A stretch of 64,000 nt of DNA from the human T2T-CHM13v2.0 reference genome, Homo sapiens: NCBI RefSeq assembly GCF_009914755.1, contig NC_060933.1; one strand, given 5' to 3'. Shown here one piece after another: positions 1 through 14,800 of the stretch; position 1 is the stretch's first letter; every line of letters begins with the position of its first letter. Made by a program: the position numbers and the translations under genes. The notes beneath the pieces are model-generated. The model was not told where the DNA came from, did not search any database, and worked only from the letters and a program-made list of their open reading frames with translations.

Positions 1-2149
1 ATGGAATGGAATGGAATCAACCCGAGTACAGGGGAATGGAATGGAATGGAATGAAATGGAATGGAAACATCCGTAATGTAATGGAAAGGAATGGAATGGA
101 ATGGAATGGAATGGAATGGAATGGATTGGAATGCAATGGAATGGAATGGAATGGAATAAACTCCATTGCAATCGAATGGAATGGTATGGAATTAACCCCA
201 ATAGAATGGAATGGAATGGAATGGAATGGAACGGAACGGAATGGAATGGAATGGAATGGAACGGAACGCAACGTAATGGAATGGAATGGAATGGAATGGA
301 ATGGAATGGAATCAACGCGAGTGCAGGGGAATGGAATGGAATCGAATGGAATCAACGCGAGTGCAGGGGAATGGAATGGAATGGAATGCAATGGATTCAA
401 CTCGATGGCAATGGAATGGAATAGAATGGAATGGAATGGAATGGAATGGAATGGAATTAACCCGAATAGAATGGAATGCAATGGAATGGAACGGAGTGGA
501 ACGGAATGGAATGGAATGGAATGGAATGGAATGGAATGGAATGGTATGGAATGGAATGGAATGGTACGGAATAGAATGGAATGGAACGAAATGTAATGGA
601 ATGGAATTGAATGGAATGGAATGGAATGGAATGGAATCAACGCGAGTGAAGGGGAATGTAATGGAACGGAATGCAATGGAATGGAATCATCCGGAATGAA
701 TGGAATGGAATGGAATGGAATGGAATGGAATCAACCCGAGTGCAATGGAATGGAGTGGAATGGAATGGAATGGAATGGAACAACCCGAATGGAATGGAAT
801 GTAATGGAGAGAAAGCGAGTTGAATAGAATCAATCCGAATGTAATGGAATGGAAAGCAACGGAATGGAATGGAATGGAATGGAATGGAATGGAATGCAAT
901 GGAATGGAATCAACCCGAGTACAATGGAATGGAATGGTTTGGAATTGAATGGAATGGAATGGAATGGAATGGAATTGAATGGAATGGAATGCCTTCAAAC
1001 CGAATGGAATGGAAATGAATGGAATCAACACGAGTGGAATGGAATGGAATGGAATGGAATGGTACGGAATAGAATGGAATGGAACGAAATGGAATGGAAT
1101 GGAATGGAATGGAATGGAATGGAATGGAATGGAACGGAATCGTTCCGAGTGGAATAGGAGGGAATGTATTCGAGTGGAATGGAAAGGAATGGAATCAGCC
1201 AGAGTGGAATGGAAGGGAATGGAATGGAAAGGAAACTAATAGAATGGAATCAACCCGAGCGGAATGGAATGGAAAGGACTGGAATGGAATGGAATGGAAT
1301 TAACCCGAATACAATGGAATGGAATGGAATGGAATGGAGTGGAATGGAATGAAATCAACCCGAGTGCAGGGGAATGGAATGGAATGGAATGCAATGGAAT
1401 GGAATCATCCGGAATGGAATGGAATGGAATGGAATGCAAAGCAATGGAATCAACTCGATTGCAATGGAATGGAATGGAATGGAAAGGAATAGAATGGAAT
1501 CAACCCGAGTGGAATGGAATGGAAAGGACTGGAATGGAGTGGAATGGAATGGAATGGAATGGAATGGAATCAACTCGATTGGAATGGAATGGAATGGAAT
1601 GGAATGGAATGGAATGGAATGGAATTAAACCGAATAGAATGGAATGGAATGGAATGGAACGGAACGGAACGGAACGGAATGGAATGGAATGGAATGGAAT
1701 GGAATGGAATGGAATCAACCCGACTGCAGGGGAATGGAATGGAATGGAATGCAATGGAATGGATTCAACTTGAATGGAATGGAAAGAATGGAATCAACAC
1801 GAGTGGAAAGGCATGGATTGGAATGGAAGGGAATGGATTCAACCCGAGTACAGGGGAATGGAATGGAATGGAATGCAATGGAATGGAATCATCCGTAATG
1901 GAATGGAATGGAATGGAATGGAATGGAATGGAATGGAATCAACTCGATTGCAATCGAATGGAATGGAATGGAATTAACCCGAATAGAATGGAATGGAATG
2001 GAATGGAACGGAAGGGAATGGAATGGAATGGAATGGAATGGAATGGAGTGGAATGGAACGGAAAGGAATGGAATGGAATGGAATGGAGTGGAATGGAATG
2101 GAATCAACGCGAGTGCAGGGGAATGGAATGGAATGGAAGGCAATGGAAT

Positions 2150-2164
2150 GGAATCTTCCGGAAT
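2150..2164. promoter_or_regulatory. Canonical three-unit heat-shock element GGAAT-CTTCC-GGAAT (first of ~39 copies)
   Basis: Exact match to nGAAn-nTTCn-nGAAn (GAA 2151-2153, TTC 2156-2158, GAA 2161-2163). The motif match is direct; function is not demonstrated. Confidence 0.5.
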
Positions 2165-2869
2165 GGAATGGAATGGAATGGAATGGAATGGAATGGAATG
2201 GAACGGAATGGAATTGAATGGAATGGAATGGAATGCAATGGAATGGAATCAACCTGAGTGCAATGGAATGGAGAGGAATGGAATGGAATGGAATGGAAAC
2301 TACCCGAATGGAATGGAATGTAATGCAGTGTAAGGGAATTGAATAGAATCAATCCGAATGTAATGGAATGGAACGGAATTGAATGGAATGGAATGGAATG
2401 GAATGGAACGGAATGTAATGGAATGGAATCAACCCGAGTGCAATCGAATGGAATCCAATGGAATGGAATGCAATGGAATGGATTCAACTTGAATGGAATG
2501 GAAAGAACGGAATCAACACGAGTGGAATGGCATGGATTGGAATGGAATGGAATGGAATCAACCCGAGTACAGGGGAATGGAATGGAGTGGAATGCAATGG
2601 AATGGAATCATCCGTAATGGAAGGGAAAGGAATGGAATGGAATGGAATGGAATGGAATGGAATCAACTCGATTTCAATCGAATGGAATGGAATGGAATTA
2701 ACCCGAATAGAATGGAATGGAATGGAATGGAATGGAACGGAACTGAATGGAATGGAATGGAATGGAATGGAACGGAACGGAACGGAACGGAATGGAAAGG
2801 AATGGAATGGAATGGAATCAACGCGAGTGCAGGGGAATGGAATGGAATGGAATGGAATGGAATGGAATG

Positions 2870-5830
2870 GAACGGAACGGAACGGAACGGAATGGAATGG
2901 AATGGAATGGAATGGAATGGAATGGAATTGAATGGAATTAACCCGAATAGAATGGAATGGAATGGAATGGAATGGAACGGAACGGAATGGAATGGAATGG
3001 AATGGAATGGAATGGAATGGAATGGAATCAACCCGACTAGAGGGGAATGGAATGGAATGGAATGCAATGGAATGGATTCAACTTGAATGGAATGGAAAGA
3101 ATGGAATCAACACGAGTGGAATGGCATGGATTGGAATGGAAGGGAATGGAATCAAACCGAGTACAGGGGAATGGAATGGAATGGAATGCAATGGAATGGA
3201 ATCATCCGTAATGGAATAGAAAGGAATGGAACGGAATGGAATGGAATGGAATGGAATGGAATCAACTGGATTGCAATCGAATGGAATGGAATGGAATTAA
3301 CCCGAATAGAATGGAATGGAATGGAATGGAACGGAGCGGAATTGAATGGAATGGAATGGAATGGAATGGAATGGAACCGAAAGGAATGGAATGGAATGGA
3401 ATGGAGTGGAATGGAATGGAATCAACGCGAGTGCAGGGGAATGGAATGGAATGGAATGTAATGGAATGGAATCTTCCGGAATGGAATGGAATGGAATGGA
3501 ATGGAATCAACCCGAGTGCAATGGTATGGAGAGGAATGGAATGGAACAACCCGAAAGGAATGGAATGGAATGGAGAGTAAGGGAGTTGAATAGAATCAAT
3601 CCGAATGTAATGGAACGAAATGGAATGGAATGGAATGGAATGGAATGGAATGGAATGGAATGGAATGGAATTAAACCGAATAGAATGGAATGGAATGGAA
3701 TGGAACAGAACGGAAAGGAACGGAACGGAATGGAATGGAATGGAATGGAATGGAATCAACCCGACTGCAGGGGAATGGAATGGAATGGAATGCAATGGAA
3801 TGGATTCAACTTCAATGGAATGGAAAGAATGGAATCAACACGAGTGGAATGGCATGGATTGGAATGGAAGGGAATGGAATCAACCCGAGTACAGGGGAAT
3901 GGAATGGAATGGAATGCAATGGAATGGAATCATCCGTAATGGAATGGAATGGAATTTAATGGAATGAACCCGATGCAATGGAATGGAATGGAATGGAATG
4001 GAATGGAATGGAAAAATCCCGAATGGAATGGAATGTAATGGAGTGTAAGGGAATTGAATAGAATCAGTCCGAATGTAATGGAATGGAATGGAATGAAATG
4101 GAATGGAATGGAATGGAATGGAATCAAACCGAGTGCAATAGAATGGATTCGAATGGAATGCAATGGAATGGAAAGTAATAGAATGGAATCAACCCGAGTG
4201 GAATAGAATGGAAAGGACTGGAATGGACTGGAATGGAATGTAATGGAATGGAATCAAATCGATTGGAATGGAATGGAATGGAATGGAATGGAATGGAATG
4301 GAATCAACTCGATTGCAATGGAATGGAATGGAATGGAATGGAATGGAATGGAATGGAATGGAACGGAAGGGAACGGAACGGAATGGAATGGAATGGAATG
4401 GAATGGAATGGAATGGAATGGAATTGAATGGAATTAACCCGAATAGAATGGAATGGAATGGAATGGAATGGAAAGGAATGGAATGGAATGGAATGGAATG
4501 GAATGGAATGGAATCAACCCGACTACAGGGGAATGGAATGGAATGGAATGCAATGGAATGGATTCAACTTGAATGGAATGGAAAGAATGGAATCAACACG
4601 AGTGGAATGGCATGGATTGGAATGGAAGGGAATGGAATCAAACCGAGTACAGGGGAATGGAATGGAATGGAATGCAATGGAATGGAATCATCCGTAATGG
4701 AATAGAAAGGAATGGAACGGAATGGAATGGAATGGAATGGAATGGAATCAAGTGGATTGCAATCGAATGGAATGGAATGGAATTAACCCGAATAGAATGG
4801 AATGGAATGGAATGGAACGGAACGGAATTGAATGGAATGGAATGGAATGGAATGGAATGGAATGGAACCGAAAGGAATGGAATGGAATGGAATGGAGTGG
4901 AATGTAATGGAATCAACGCGAGTGCAGGGGAATGGAATGGAATGGAATGCAATGGAATGGAATCTTCCGGAATGGAATGGAATGGAATGGAATGGAATCA
5001 ACCCGAGTGCAATGGTATGGAGAGGAATGGAATGGAACAACCCGAATGGAATGGAATGGAATGGAGAGTAAGGGAGTTGAATAGAATCAATCCGAATGTA
5101 ATGGAACGAAATGGAATGGAATGGAATGGAATGGAATGGAATGGAATGGAATGGAATGGAATGGAATTAAACCGAATAGAATGGAATGGAATGGAATAGA
5201 ACAGAACGGAACGGAACGGAACGGAATGGAATGGAATGGAATGGAATGGAATGGAATCAACCCGACTGCAGCGGAATGGAATGGAATGGAATGCAATGGA
5301 ATGGATTCAACTTGAATGGAATGGAAAGAATGGAATCAACACGAGTGGAATGGCATGGATTGGAATGGAAGGGAATGGAATCAACCCGAGTACAGGGGAA
5401 TGGAATGGAATGGAATGCAATGGAATGGAATCATCCGTAATGGAATGGAATGGAATTTAATGGAATGAACCCGATGCAATGGAATGGAATGGAATGGAAT
5501 GGAATGGAATGGAATGGAAAAATCCCGAATGGAATGGAATGTAATGGAGTGTAAGGGAATTGAATAGAATCAGTCCGAATGTAATGGAATGGAATGGAAT
5601 GAAATGGAATGGAATGGAATGGAATGGAATCAAACCGAGTGCAATGGAATGGATTCGAATGGAATGGAATGGAATGGAAAGTAATAGAATGGAATCAACC
5701 CGAGTGGAATAGAATGGAAAGGACTGGAATGGACTGGAATGGAATGGAATGGAATGGAATCAAATCGATTGGAATGGAATGGAATGGAATGGAATGGAAT
5801 GGAATGGAATGGAATCAACTCGATTGCAAT
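2870..5830 (+). repeat. ~1.5 kb tandem duplication within the satellite (2 copies, ~2870-4340 and ~4340-5830)
   Basis: Private variants recur at ~1.49-1.51 kb offset: TCAAACCGAGTAC (3152/4638), GGAATTTAATGGAATGAACCCGATGC (3951/5452), GAAAAATCCC (4011/5517), CAGTCCGAAT (4066/5571), CAAATCGATT (4255/5761). Confidence 0.88.
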
Positions 5831-8800
5831 GGAATGGAATGGAAAGGAATGGAATGGAATGGAATGGAATGGAATGGAATTAACCCGAATAGAATGGAAT
5901 GGAATGGAATGGAACGGAATGTAATGGAATGAAATGGAATGGAATCAACCCGAGTGCAGGGGAATGGAATGGAATGGAATGCAATGGAATGGAATCATGC
6001 AGAATGGAATCGAATGGAATGGAATGGAATGGAATGGAATGCAATGGAATGGAATGGAATGGAATCAACTCGATTGCAATGCAATGGAATGGAATGGAAA
6101 GGAATGGAAGGGAATGGAGTGGAATGTAATCAACCCGAGTGCAGGGGAATGGAATGGAATGGAATGCAATGGAATGGAATCATCCCGAATGGAATGGAAT
6201 GGAATCAACCCAATGCAATGGAATGGAGTGGAATGGAATGGAATGGAATGGAAACATCCCGAATGGAATTGAATGTAATGGAGTGTAAGGGAATTGAATA
6301 GAATCAATCCGAATGTAATGGAATGGAACGGAATGAAATGGAATGGAATGCAATGGAATGGAATCAACCCGAGTGCAATGGAATGGATTCGAATGGAATG
6401 GAATGGAATGGAATGGATTCAACAAGAATGGAATGGAAAGGAATGGAATCAACCCGAGTGTAATGGCATGGAATGGAATGGAATGGAATGGAATGGAATG
6501 GGATGGAATGGAATGTTACGGAATAGAATGGAATGGAATGAAATGGAATGGAATGGAATGGAATGGAATGGAATGGAATGGAATGAAATGGAATGAACCT
6601 GTGTGCAATGTAATTGAATGGAATGGAATGGAATGGATTCAACTCGAATGGAATCAACTCGATTGCAATGGAATGGAATGGAATGGAAAGGAATAGAATG
6701 GAATCAACCCGAGTGGAATGGAATGCAAAGGACTGGAATGGAGTGGAATGGAATGGAATGGAATTAACCCGAATAGAATGGAATGGAATGGAATGGAACG
6801 GAATGTAATGGAATGGAATGGAATGGATTCAACCCGAGTGCAGGGGAATGGAATGGAATGGAATGCAATGGAATGGAATCATCCGGAATGGAATGGAATG
6901 GAATGGAATGGAATGGAATGGAATCAACTCGATTTCGATGGAATGGAATGGAATAGAATGGAATGGAATTAACACAAATAGAATGGAATGGAATGGAATG
7001 GAATGGAATGGAATGGAATGGAAAGGAAAGGAATGGAATGGAATGGAATGGAATCAACCGAAGTGCAGGGGAATGGAATGGAATGGAATTCAATGGAATG
7101 GAATCATCCGGAGTGGAATGGAATGGAATGCAATGGAATGGAATGGAATCAACCCGAGTGCAATGGAATGGAGAGGAATGGAATGGAACGGAATGGAAAC
7201 TACCCGAATGGAATGGAATGTAATGGAGTGTAAGGGAATTGAATAGAATCAATCCGAATGTAATGGAATGGAATGGAACGGAATGGAATGGAATGGAATG
7301 GAATGGAATGCAATGGAATGGAATCAACCCGAGTGCCATCGAATGGAATCGAATGGAATGGAATGCAATGGAAATTATTCAAATTAAATGGAATGGAAAG
7401 AATGGAATCAACACGAGTGGAATGGCATGGAATGGAATGGAATGGAATGGAATCAACCTGAGTAGAGGTGAATGGGATGGAATGGAATGCAATGGAATGG
7501 AATCATCCATAATGTAATGGAAAGGAATGGAATGGAATGGAATGGAATGGAATGGAATGGAATCAACCCGAGTGCAATGGAATGGAGTGGAATGGAATGG
7601 AATGGAATGGAACAACCCGAATGAAATGGAATGCAATGGAGAGAAAGGGTGTTGAATAGAGTCAATCCGAATGTAATGGAATGGAATGCAACGGAATGGA
7701 ATGGAATGGAATGCAATGGAATGCAATGGAATGGAATCAACCCGAGTACAATGGAATGGAATGCAATGGAATGGAATGGAATGGAATGGAATGGAATGGA
7801 ATTGAACGGAATGGAATGCCTTCAAACCGAATGGAATGGAAAGGAATGGAATCAACACGAGTGGAATGGAATGGAATGGAATGGAATGGAATGGTACGGA
7901 ATAGAATGGAATGGAAAGAAATGGAATGGCATGGAATGGAATGGAATGGAATGGAATGGAATCGTTCCGAGTGGAATAGGAGGGAATGTATACGAGTGGA
8001 ATGGAAAGGAATGGAATCAACCAGAGTGGAACGGAAGGGAATGGAATGGAATGGAAACTAATAGAATGGAATCAACCCGAGTGGAATGGAATGGAAAGGA
8101 CTGGAATGGAAAGGACTGGAATGGAATGGAATGGAATGGAATTAACCCGAATACAATGGAATGGAATGGATTGGAACGGAATGGAGTGGAATGGAATGGA
8201 ATCAACCCGAGTGCAGGGGAATGGAATGGAATGGAATGCAATGGAATGGAAACATCCGGAATGGAATGGAATGGAATGGAATGCAAAGCAATGGAATCAA
8301 CTCGATTGCAATGGAATGGAATGGAATGGAAAGGAATAGAATGGAATCAACCCGAGTGGAATGGAATGGAAAGGACTGGAATGGAGTGGAATGGAATGGA
8401 ATGGAAGGGAATGGAATGGAATCAACTCGATTGGAATGGAATGGAATGGAATGGAATGGAATGGAATGGAATGGAATGGAATTAACCCGAATAGAATGGA
8501 ATGGAATGGAATGGAACGGAATGGAATGGAATGGAATGGAATGGAATGGAATGGAATGGAATGGAATGGAATCAACCCGACTGCAGGTGAATGGAATGGA
8601 ATGGAATGCAATGGAATGGATTCAACTTGAATGGAATGGAAAGAATGGAATCAACACGAGTGGAATCGCATTGATTGGAATGGAATGGAATGGAATCAAC
8701 CCGAGTAAAGGGGAATGGAATGGAATGGAATGCAATGGAATGGAATCATCAGTAATGGAATGGAAAGGAATGGAAAGGACTGGAATGGAATGGAATGGAA

Positions 8801-11800
8801 TGGAATGGAATGGAATGGAATCATCCGTAATGGAATGGAAAGGAATGGAATGGAATGGAATGGAAGTGAATGGAATGGAATGTAATGAAACCGAGTGCAG
8901 GGGAATGGAATGGAATGGAATGCAATGGAATGGAGTCATCCGGAATGGAACGGAATGGAATGGAATGGAATCAACCCGAGTGCAATGGAATGGAATGGAA
9001 TGGAAAGGAATGGAATGGAATGGATTCAACCTGAATGGAATGGAAAGGAATGGAATCAACCCGAGAGGAATGGCATGGAATGGAATGGAATGGAATGGAG
9101 TGGAATGGTACGGAATAGAATGTAATGGAACGAAACGGAATGGAATGGAATATAATGGAATGGAATGGAATGGAATGGAATCATTCCGAGTGGAATAGAA
9201 GGGAATGTTTTCGAGTGGAATGAAAAGGAATGGTATCAACCAGAGTGGAATGGAATGGAATCGAATGGAATGGAAAGGAATAGAATGGAATCAACCCGAC
9301 TGCAGGGGAATGGAATGGAATGGAATGGAATGGAATGGAATCATCCGGAACGGAATGGAATGGAATGGAATGGAATCAACTCGATTGCAATGGAATGGAA
9401 TGGAATGGAATGGAATGGAATGGAATGGAATGGAATTCTCCCGAATAGAATGGAATGGAATGGAATTGAAAGGAATGGAATGGAGGGGAATGGAATGGAA
9501 TCAACCCGAGTGCAGGGGAATGGAATGGAATGGAATGCAATGGAATGGAATCATCCGGAATGGAATGGAATGGAATGCAATGGAATGGAATCAACCCGAG
9601 TACAATGAAATGGAATGGAATGGAATGGAATGGAATGGAATGGAATGGAATGGAATGGAATGTCTTCAAACCGAATGGAATGGAAAGGAATGGAATCAAC
9701 ACGAGTGGAATGGAATGGAATGGAATGGAATGGAATGGAATGGAATGCTACGGAATAGAATGTAATGGAACGAAATGGAATGGAATGGAATGGAATGGAA
9801 TGGAATGGAATGGAATGGAATCTTTCCGAGTGGAATAGGAGGGAATGTATTCGAGTGGAATGGAAAGGAATGGAATCAACCAGAGTGGAATGGAAGGGAA
9901 CGGAATGGAATGGAAACTAATAGAATGGAATCAACCCGAGTGGAATGGAATGGAAAGGACTGGAATGGAATGGAATGGAATGGAATGGAATCAACTCGAT
10001 TGTAATGGAATGGAATGGAATGGAATGGAATGGAATGGAATGGAATGGAATTAACCCGAATACAATGGAATGGAATGGAATGGAATGGAATGGAGTGGAA
10101 TGGAATGGAATCAACCCGAGTGCAGGGGAGTGGAATGGAATGGAATGCAATGCAATGGAATCATCCGGAATGGAATGGAATGGAATGGAATGCAAAGCAA
10201 TGGAATCAACTCGATTGCAATGGAATGGAATGGAATGGAAAGGAATACATTGGAATCAACCCGAGTGGAATGGAATGGAAAGGACTGGAATGGAGTGGAA
10301 TGGAATGGAATGGAATGGAATGGAATGGAATGGAATGGAATGGAATCAACTCGATTGGAATGGAATGGAATGGAATGGAATGGAATGGAATTAACCCGAA
10401 TAGAATGGAATGGAATGGAATGGAACGGAACGGAACGGAACGGAATGAAATGGAAGGGAATGGAATGGAATGGAATGGAATCAACCCGACTGCAGGGGAA
10501 TGGAATGGAATGGAAAGCAATGGAATGGATTCAACTTGAATGGAATGGAAAGAATGGAATCAACAAGAGTGGAATGGCATGGATTGGAATGGAATGGAAT
10601 GGAATCAACCCGAGTACAGGGGAAAGGAATGGAATGGAATGCAAAGGAATGGAATCATCCGTAATGGAATGGAAAGGAATGGAATGGAATGGAATGGAAT
10701 GGAATGGAATGGAATGGAATCAACTCGATTGCAATCGAATGGAATGGAATGGAATTAACCCGAATAGAATGGAATGGAATGGAACGGAACGGAACGGAAC
10801 GGAACGGAACGGAACGGAGTGGAATGGAATGGAATGGAATGGAATGGAATGGAATGGAATGGAAAGGAATGGAATGGAATGGAATGGAATGGAATGGAAT
10901 GGAATGGAATGGAATGGAATCAACGCGAGTGCAGGGGAATGGAATGGAATGGAATGCAATGGAATGGAATCTTCCGGAATGGAATGGAATAGAATGGAAT
11001 GGAATGGAATGGAATTGAATGGAATAAACCCGAGTGTAATGGAATGGAGTGGAATGGAATGGAATGGAATGGAACAACCCGAATGGAATGGAATTTAATG
11101 GAGAGTAAGGGAGTTGAATAGAATCAATCCGAATGTAATGGAATGGAATGGAACGGAATGGAATTGAATGGAATGGAATGGAATGCAATGGAATGGAATC
11201 AACCCCAGTGCAATGGAATGGAGAGGAATAGAATGGAATGGAAACTTCCCGAATGGAATGGAATGTAATGGAGTGTAAGGGAATTGAATAGAATCAATCC
11301 GAATGTAATGGAATGGAATGGAACGGAATGGAATGGAATGGAATGGAATGGAATGGAATGGAATGGAATGGAATGCAATGGAATGGAATCAACCCGAGTG
11401 CAATCGAATGGAATCGAATGGAATGGAATGCAATGGAATGGATTCAACTTCAATGGAATGGAAAGAATGGAATCAACACGAGTGGAATGGCATGGATTGG
11501 AATGGAATGGAATGGAATCAACCGGAGTACAGGGGAATGGAATGTAATGGAATGCAATGGAATGGAATCATCCGTAATGGAATGGAAAGGAATGGAATGG
11601 AATGGAATGGAATGGAATGGAATGGAATGGAATCAACTCGATTGCAATCGAATGGAATGGAATGGAATTAACCCGAATAGAATGGAATGGAATGGAATGG
11701 AATGGAACGGAACGGAACGGAATGGAATGGAATGGAATGGAATGGAATGGAATGGAACGGAACGGAACGGAACGGAATGGAATGGAATGGAATGGAATGG

Positions 11801-14800
11801 AATGGAATCAACGCGAGTGCAGGGGAATGGAAAGGAATGGAATGCAATGGAATGGAATCTTCCGGAATGGAATGGAATGGAATGGAAAGGAATGAAATGC
11901 AATGGATTCAACTCGATTGAAATGGAATGGAATAGAATGGAATGGAATGGAATGGAATTAACCCGAATAGAATGGAATGGAATGCAATGGAACGGAATGG
12001 AAAGGAATGGAATGGAATGGAATGCAGTGGAAGGGTATGGAATGGAATGGAATGGTACGGAATAGAATGGAACGGAACGAATTGTAATGGAATGGAATGG
12101 AATGGAATGGAATGGAATGGAATCAACCCGAGTGCAATAGAATGGAGTGGAATGGAATGGAATGGAATGCAACAACCCGAATGGAATGGAATGTAATGGA
12201 GAGTAAAGGAGTTGAATAGAATCAATCCGAATGTAATGGAATGGAATGCATCGGAATGGAATGGAATGGAATGGAATGGAATGCAATGGAATGGAATCAA
12301 CCCGAGTACAATGGAATGGAATGGAATGGAATGGAATGGAATGCCTTTAAACCGAATGGAATGGAAAGGAATGGAATCAACACGAGTGGAATGGAATGGA
12401 ATGGAATGGAATGGAATGGAATAGAATGATACGGAATAGAATGGAATGGAACGAAATGGAATGGAATGGAATGGAATGCAATGGAATTGAATCGTTCCGA
12501 GTGGAATAGGAGGGAATGTATTCGAGTGGAATGGAAAGGAATGGAATCAACCAGAGTGGAATGGAAGCGAATGGAATGGAATGCAAACTAATAGAATGGA
12601 ATCAACCTGAGTGGAATGGAATGGAAAGGACTGGAATGGAAAGGAATGGAATGGAATGGAATGGAATGGAATGGAATGGAATGGAATCAACGCGAGTGCA
12701 GGGGAATGGAATGGAATCGAATGGAATGGAATGGAATGGAATGGAATCAACCCGAGTGCAGGGGAATGTAATGGAACGGAATGCAATGGAATGGAATCAT
12801 CCGGAATGGAATGGAATGGAATGGAATGGAATGGAATGGAATCAACCCGAGTGCAATGGAATGGAGTGGAATGGAGTGGAATGGAATGGAATGGAATGGA
12901 ACAACCCGAATGGAATGGAATGTAATGGAGAGTAAGGGAGTTGAAAAGAATCAATCCGAATGTAATGGAATGGAATGGAACGGAATGGAATGGAATGGAA
13001 TGAAATGGAATGGAATGGAATGCAATGGAATGGAATCAACCCGAGTACAATGGAACGGAATGGAATGGAATGTAATGGAATGGAATGGAATGGAATGGAA
13101 TGGAATGGAATCAACCCGAGTTCAATGGAATGGAGAGGAATGGAATGGAATGGAATGGAAACTACCCGAATGGACTGGAATGTATTGGAGTGTAAGGGAA
13201 TTGAATAGAATCAATCCGAATGGAATGGAATGGAATGGAATGGAATGCAATGGAATGGAATCAACCCGAGTGCAATCGAATGGAATCGAATGGAATGGAA
13301 TGCAATGGAATGGATTCAACTTCAATGTAATGCAAAGAATGGAATCAACACGAGTGGAATGGCATGGATTGGAATAGAATGGAATGCAATCAAGCCGAGT
13401 ACAGGGGAATGGAATGGAATGGAATGCAATGGAATGGAATCATCCGTAATGCAATGGAAAGGAATGGAATGGAATGGAATGGAATGGAATGGAATCAACT
13501 CGATTGCAATCGAATGGAATGGAATGGAATTAACCCGAATAGAGAGGAATGGAATGGAATGGAACGGAACGGAACGGAATGGAATGGAATGGAATGGAAT
13601 GGAATGGAATCAACCCGACTGCAGGTGAATGGAATGGAATGGAATGCAATGGAATGGATTCAACTTGAATGGAATGGAAAGAATGGAATCAACACGAGTG
13701 GAATGGCATGGATTGGAATGGAATGGAATGGATCAACCCGAGTACAGGGGAATGGAATGGAATGGAATGCAATGGAATGGAATCATCCGTAATGGAATGG
13801 AAAGGAATGGAATGGAATGGAATGGAATGGAATGGAATCAACTCGATTGCAATCGAATGGAATGGAATGGAATTAACCCGAATAGAATGGAATGGAATGG
13901 AATGGAACGGAACGGAACGGAATGGAATGTAATGGATTGGAATGGAATGGAATGGAACGGAACGGAAAGGAATGGAATGGAATGGAATGGAAAGGAATGG
14001 AATGGAATGGAATGGAATCAACTCGATTGCAATCGAATGGAATGGAATGGAATTAACCCGAATAGAATGGAATGGAATGGAACGGAACGGAACGGAATGG
14101 AATGGAATGGAATGGAATGGAATGGAATGGAATGGAACGGAACGGAACGGATTGGATGGAATTGAATGGAATGGAATGGAATGGAATCAACGCGAGTGCA
14201 GGGGAATGCAATGGAATGGAATGCAATGGAATGGAATCTTCCCGAATGGAATGGAATGGAATGGAATGGAATGGAATGGAATGGAATGAAATGCAATTGA
14301 TTCAACTCGACTGCAATGGAATGGAATAGAATGGAATGGAATGGAATGGAATGGAATGGAATGGAATGGACCCGAATAGAATGGAATGGAATGGAATGGA
14401 ACGGAATGGAACGGAATGGAATGGAATGGAATGGAATGGAATGGAATGGAATGGACCCGAATAGAATGGAATGGAATGGAATGGAACGGAATGGAACGGA
14501 ATGGAATGGAATGGAATGGAATGGAATGGAATGGTATGGAATGGAATGGAATGGTACGGAATAGAATGGAATGGAACGAATTGTAATGGAATGGAATTGA
14601 ATGGAATGCAATGGAATGGAATGGAATCAACGCGAGTGCAGGGGAATGTAATGGAACGGAATGCAATGGAATGGAATCATCCGGAATGGAATGGAATGGA
14701 ATGGAATCAACCCGAGTGCAATGGAATGGAGTGGAATGGAATGGAATGGAATGGAACAACCCAAATGGAATGGAATGTAATGGACAGTAAGGGAGTTGAA

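Noticed and set aside
321-370. G-quadruplex at GCAGGGGAAT words
   Set aside because: These are isolated G4 runs amid GG dinucleotides, not four closely spaced G3+ tracts.
1141-1245. Most diverged stretch (CGTTCCGAGTGGAATAGGAGGGAATGTATTCGAG..AAACTAATAG) as a mobile-element or unique insert
   Set aside because: It stays in the 5-bp phase, derives from GGAAT/decamer words, and recurs more than 15 times as a standard module.
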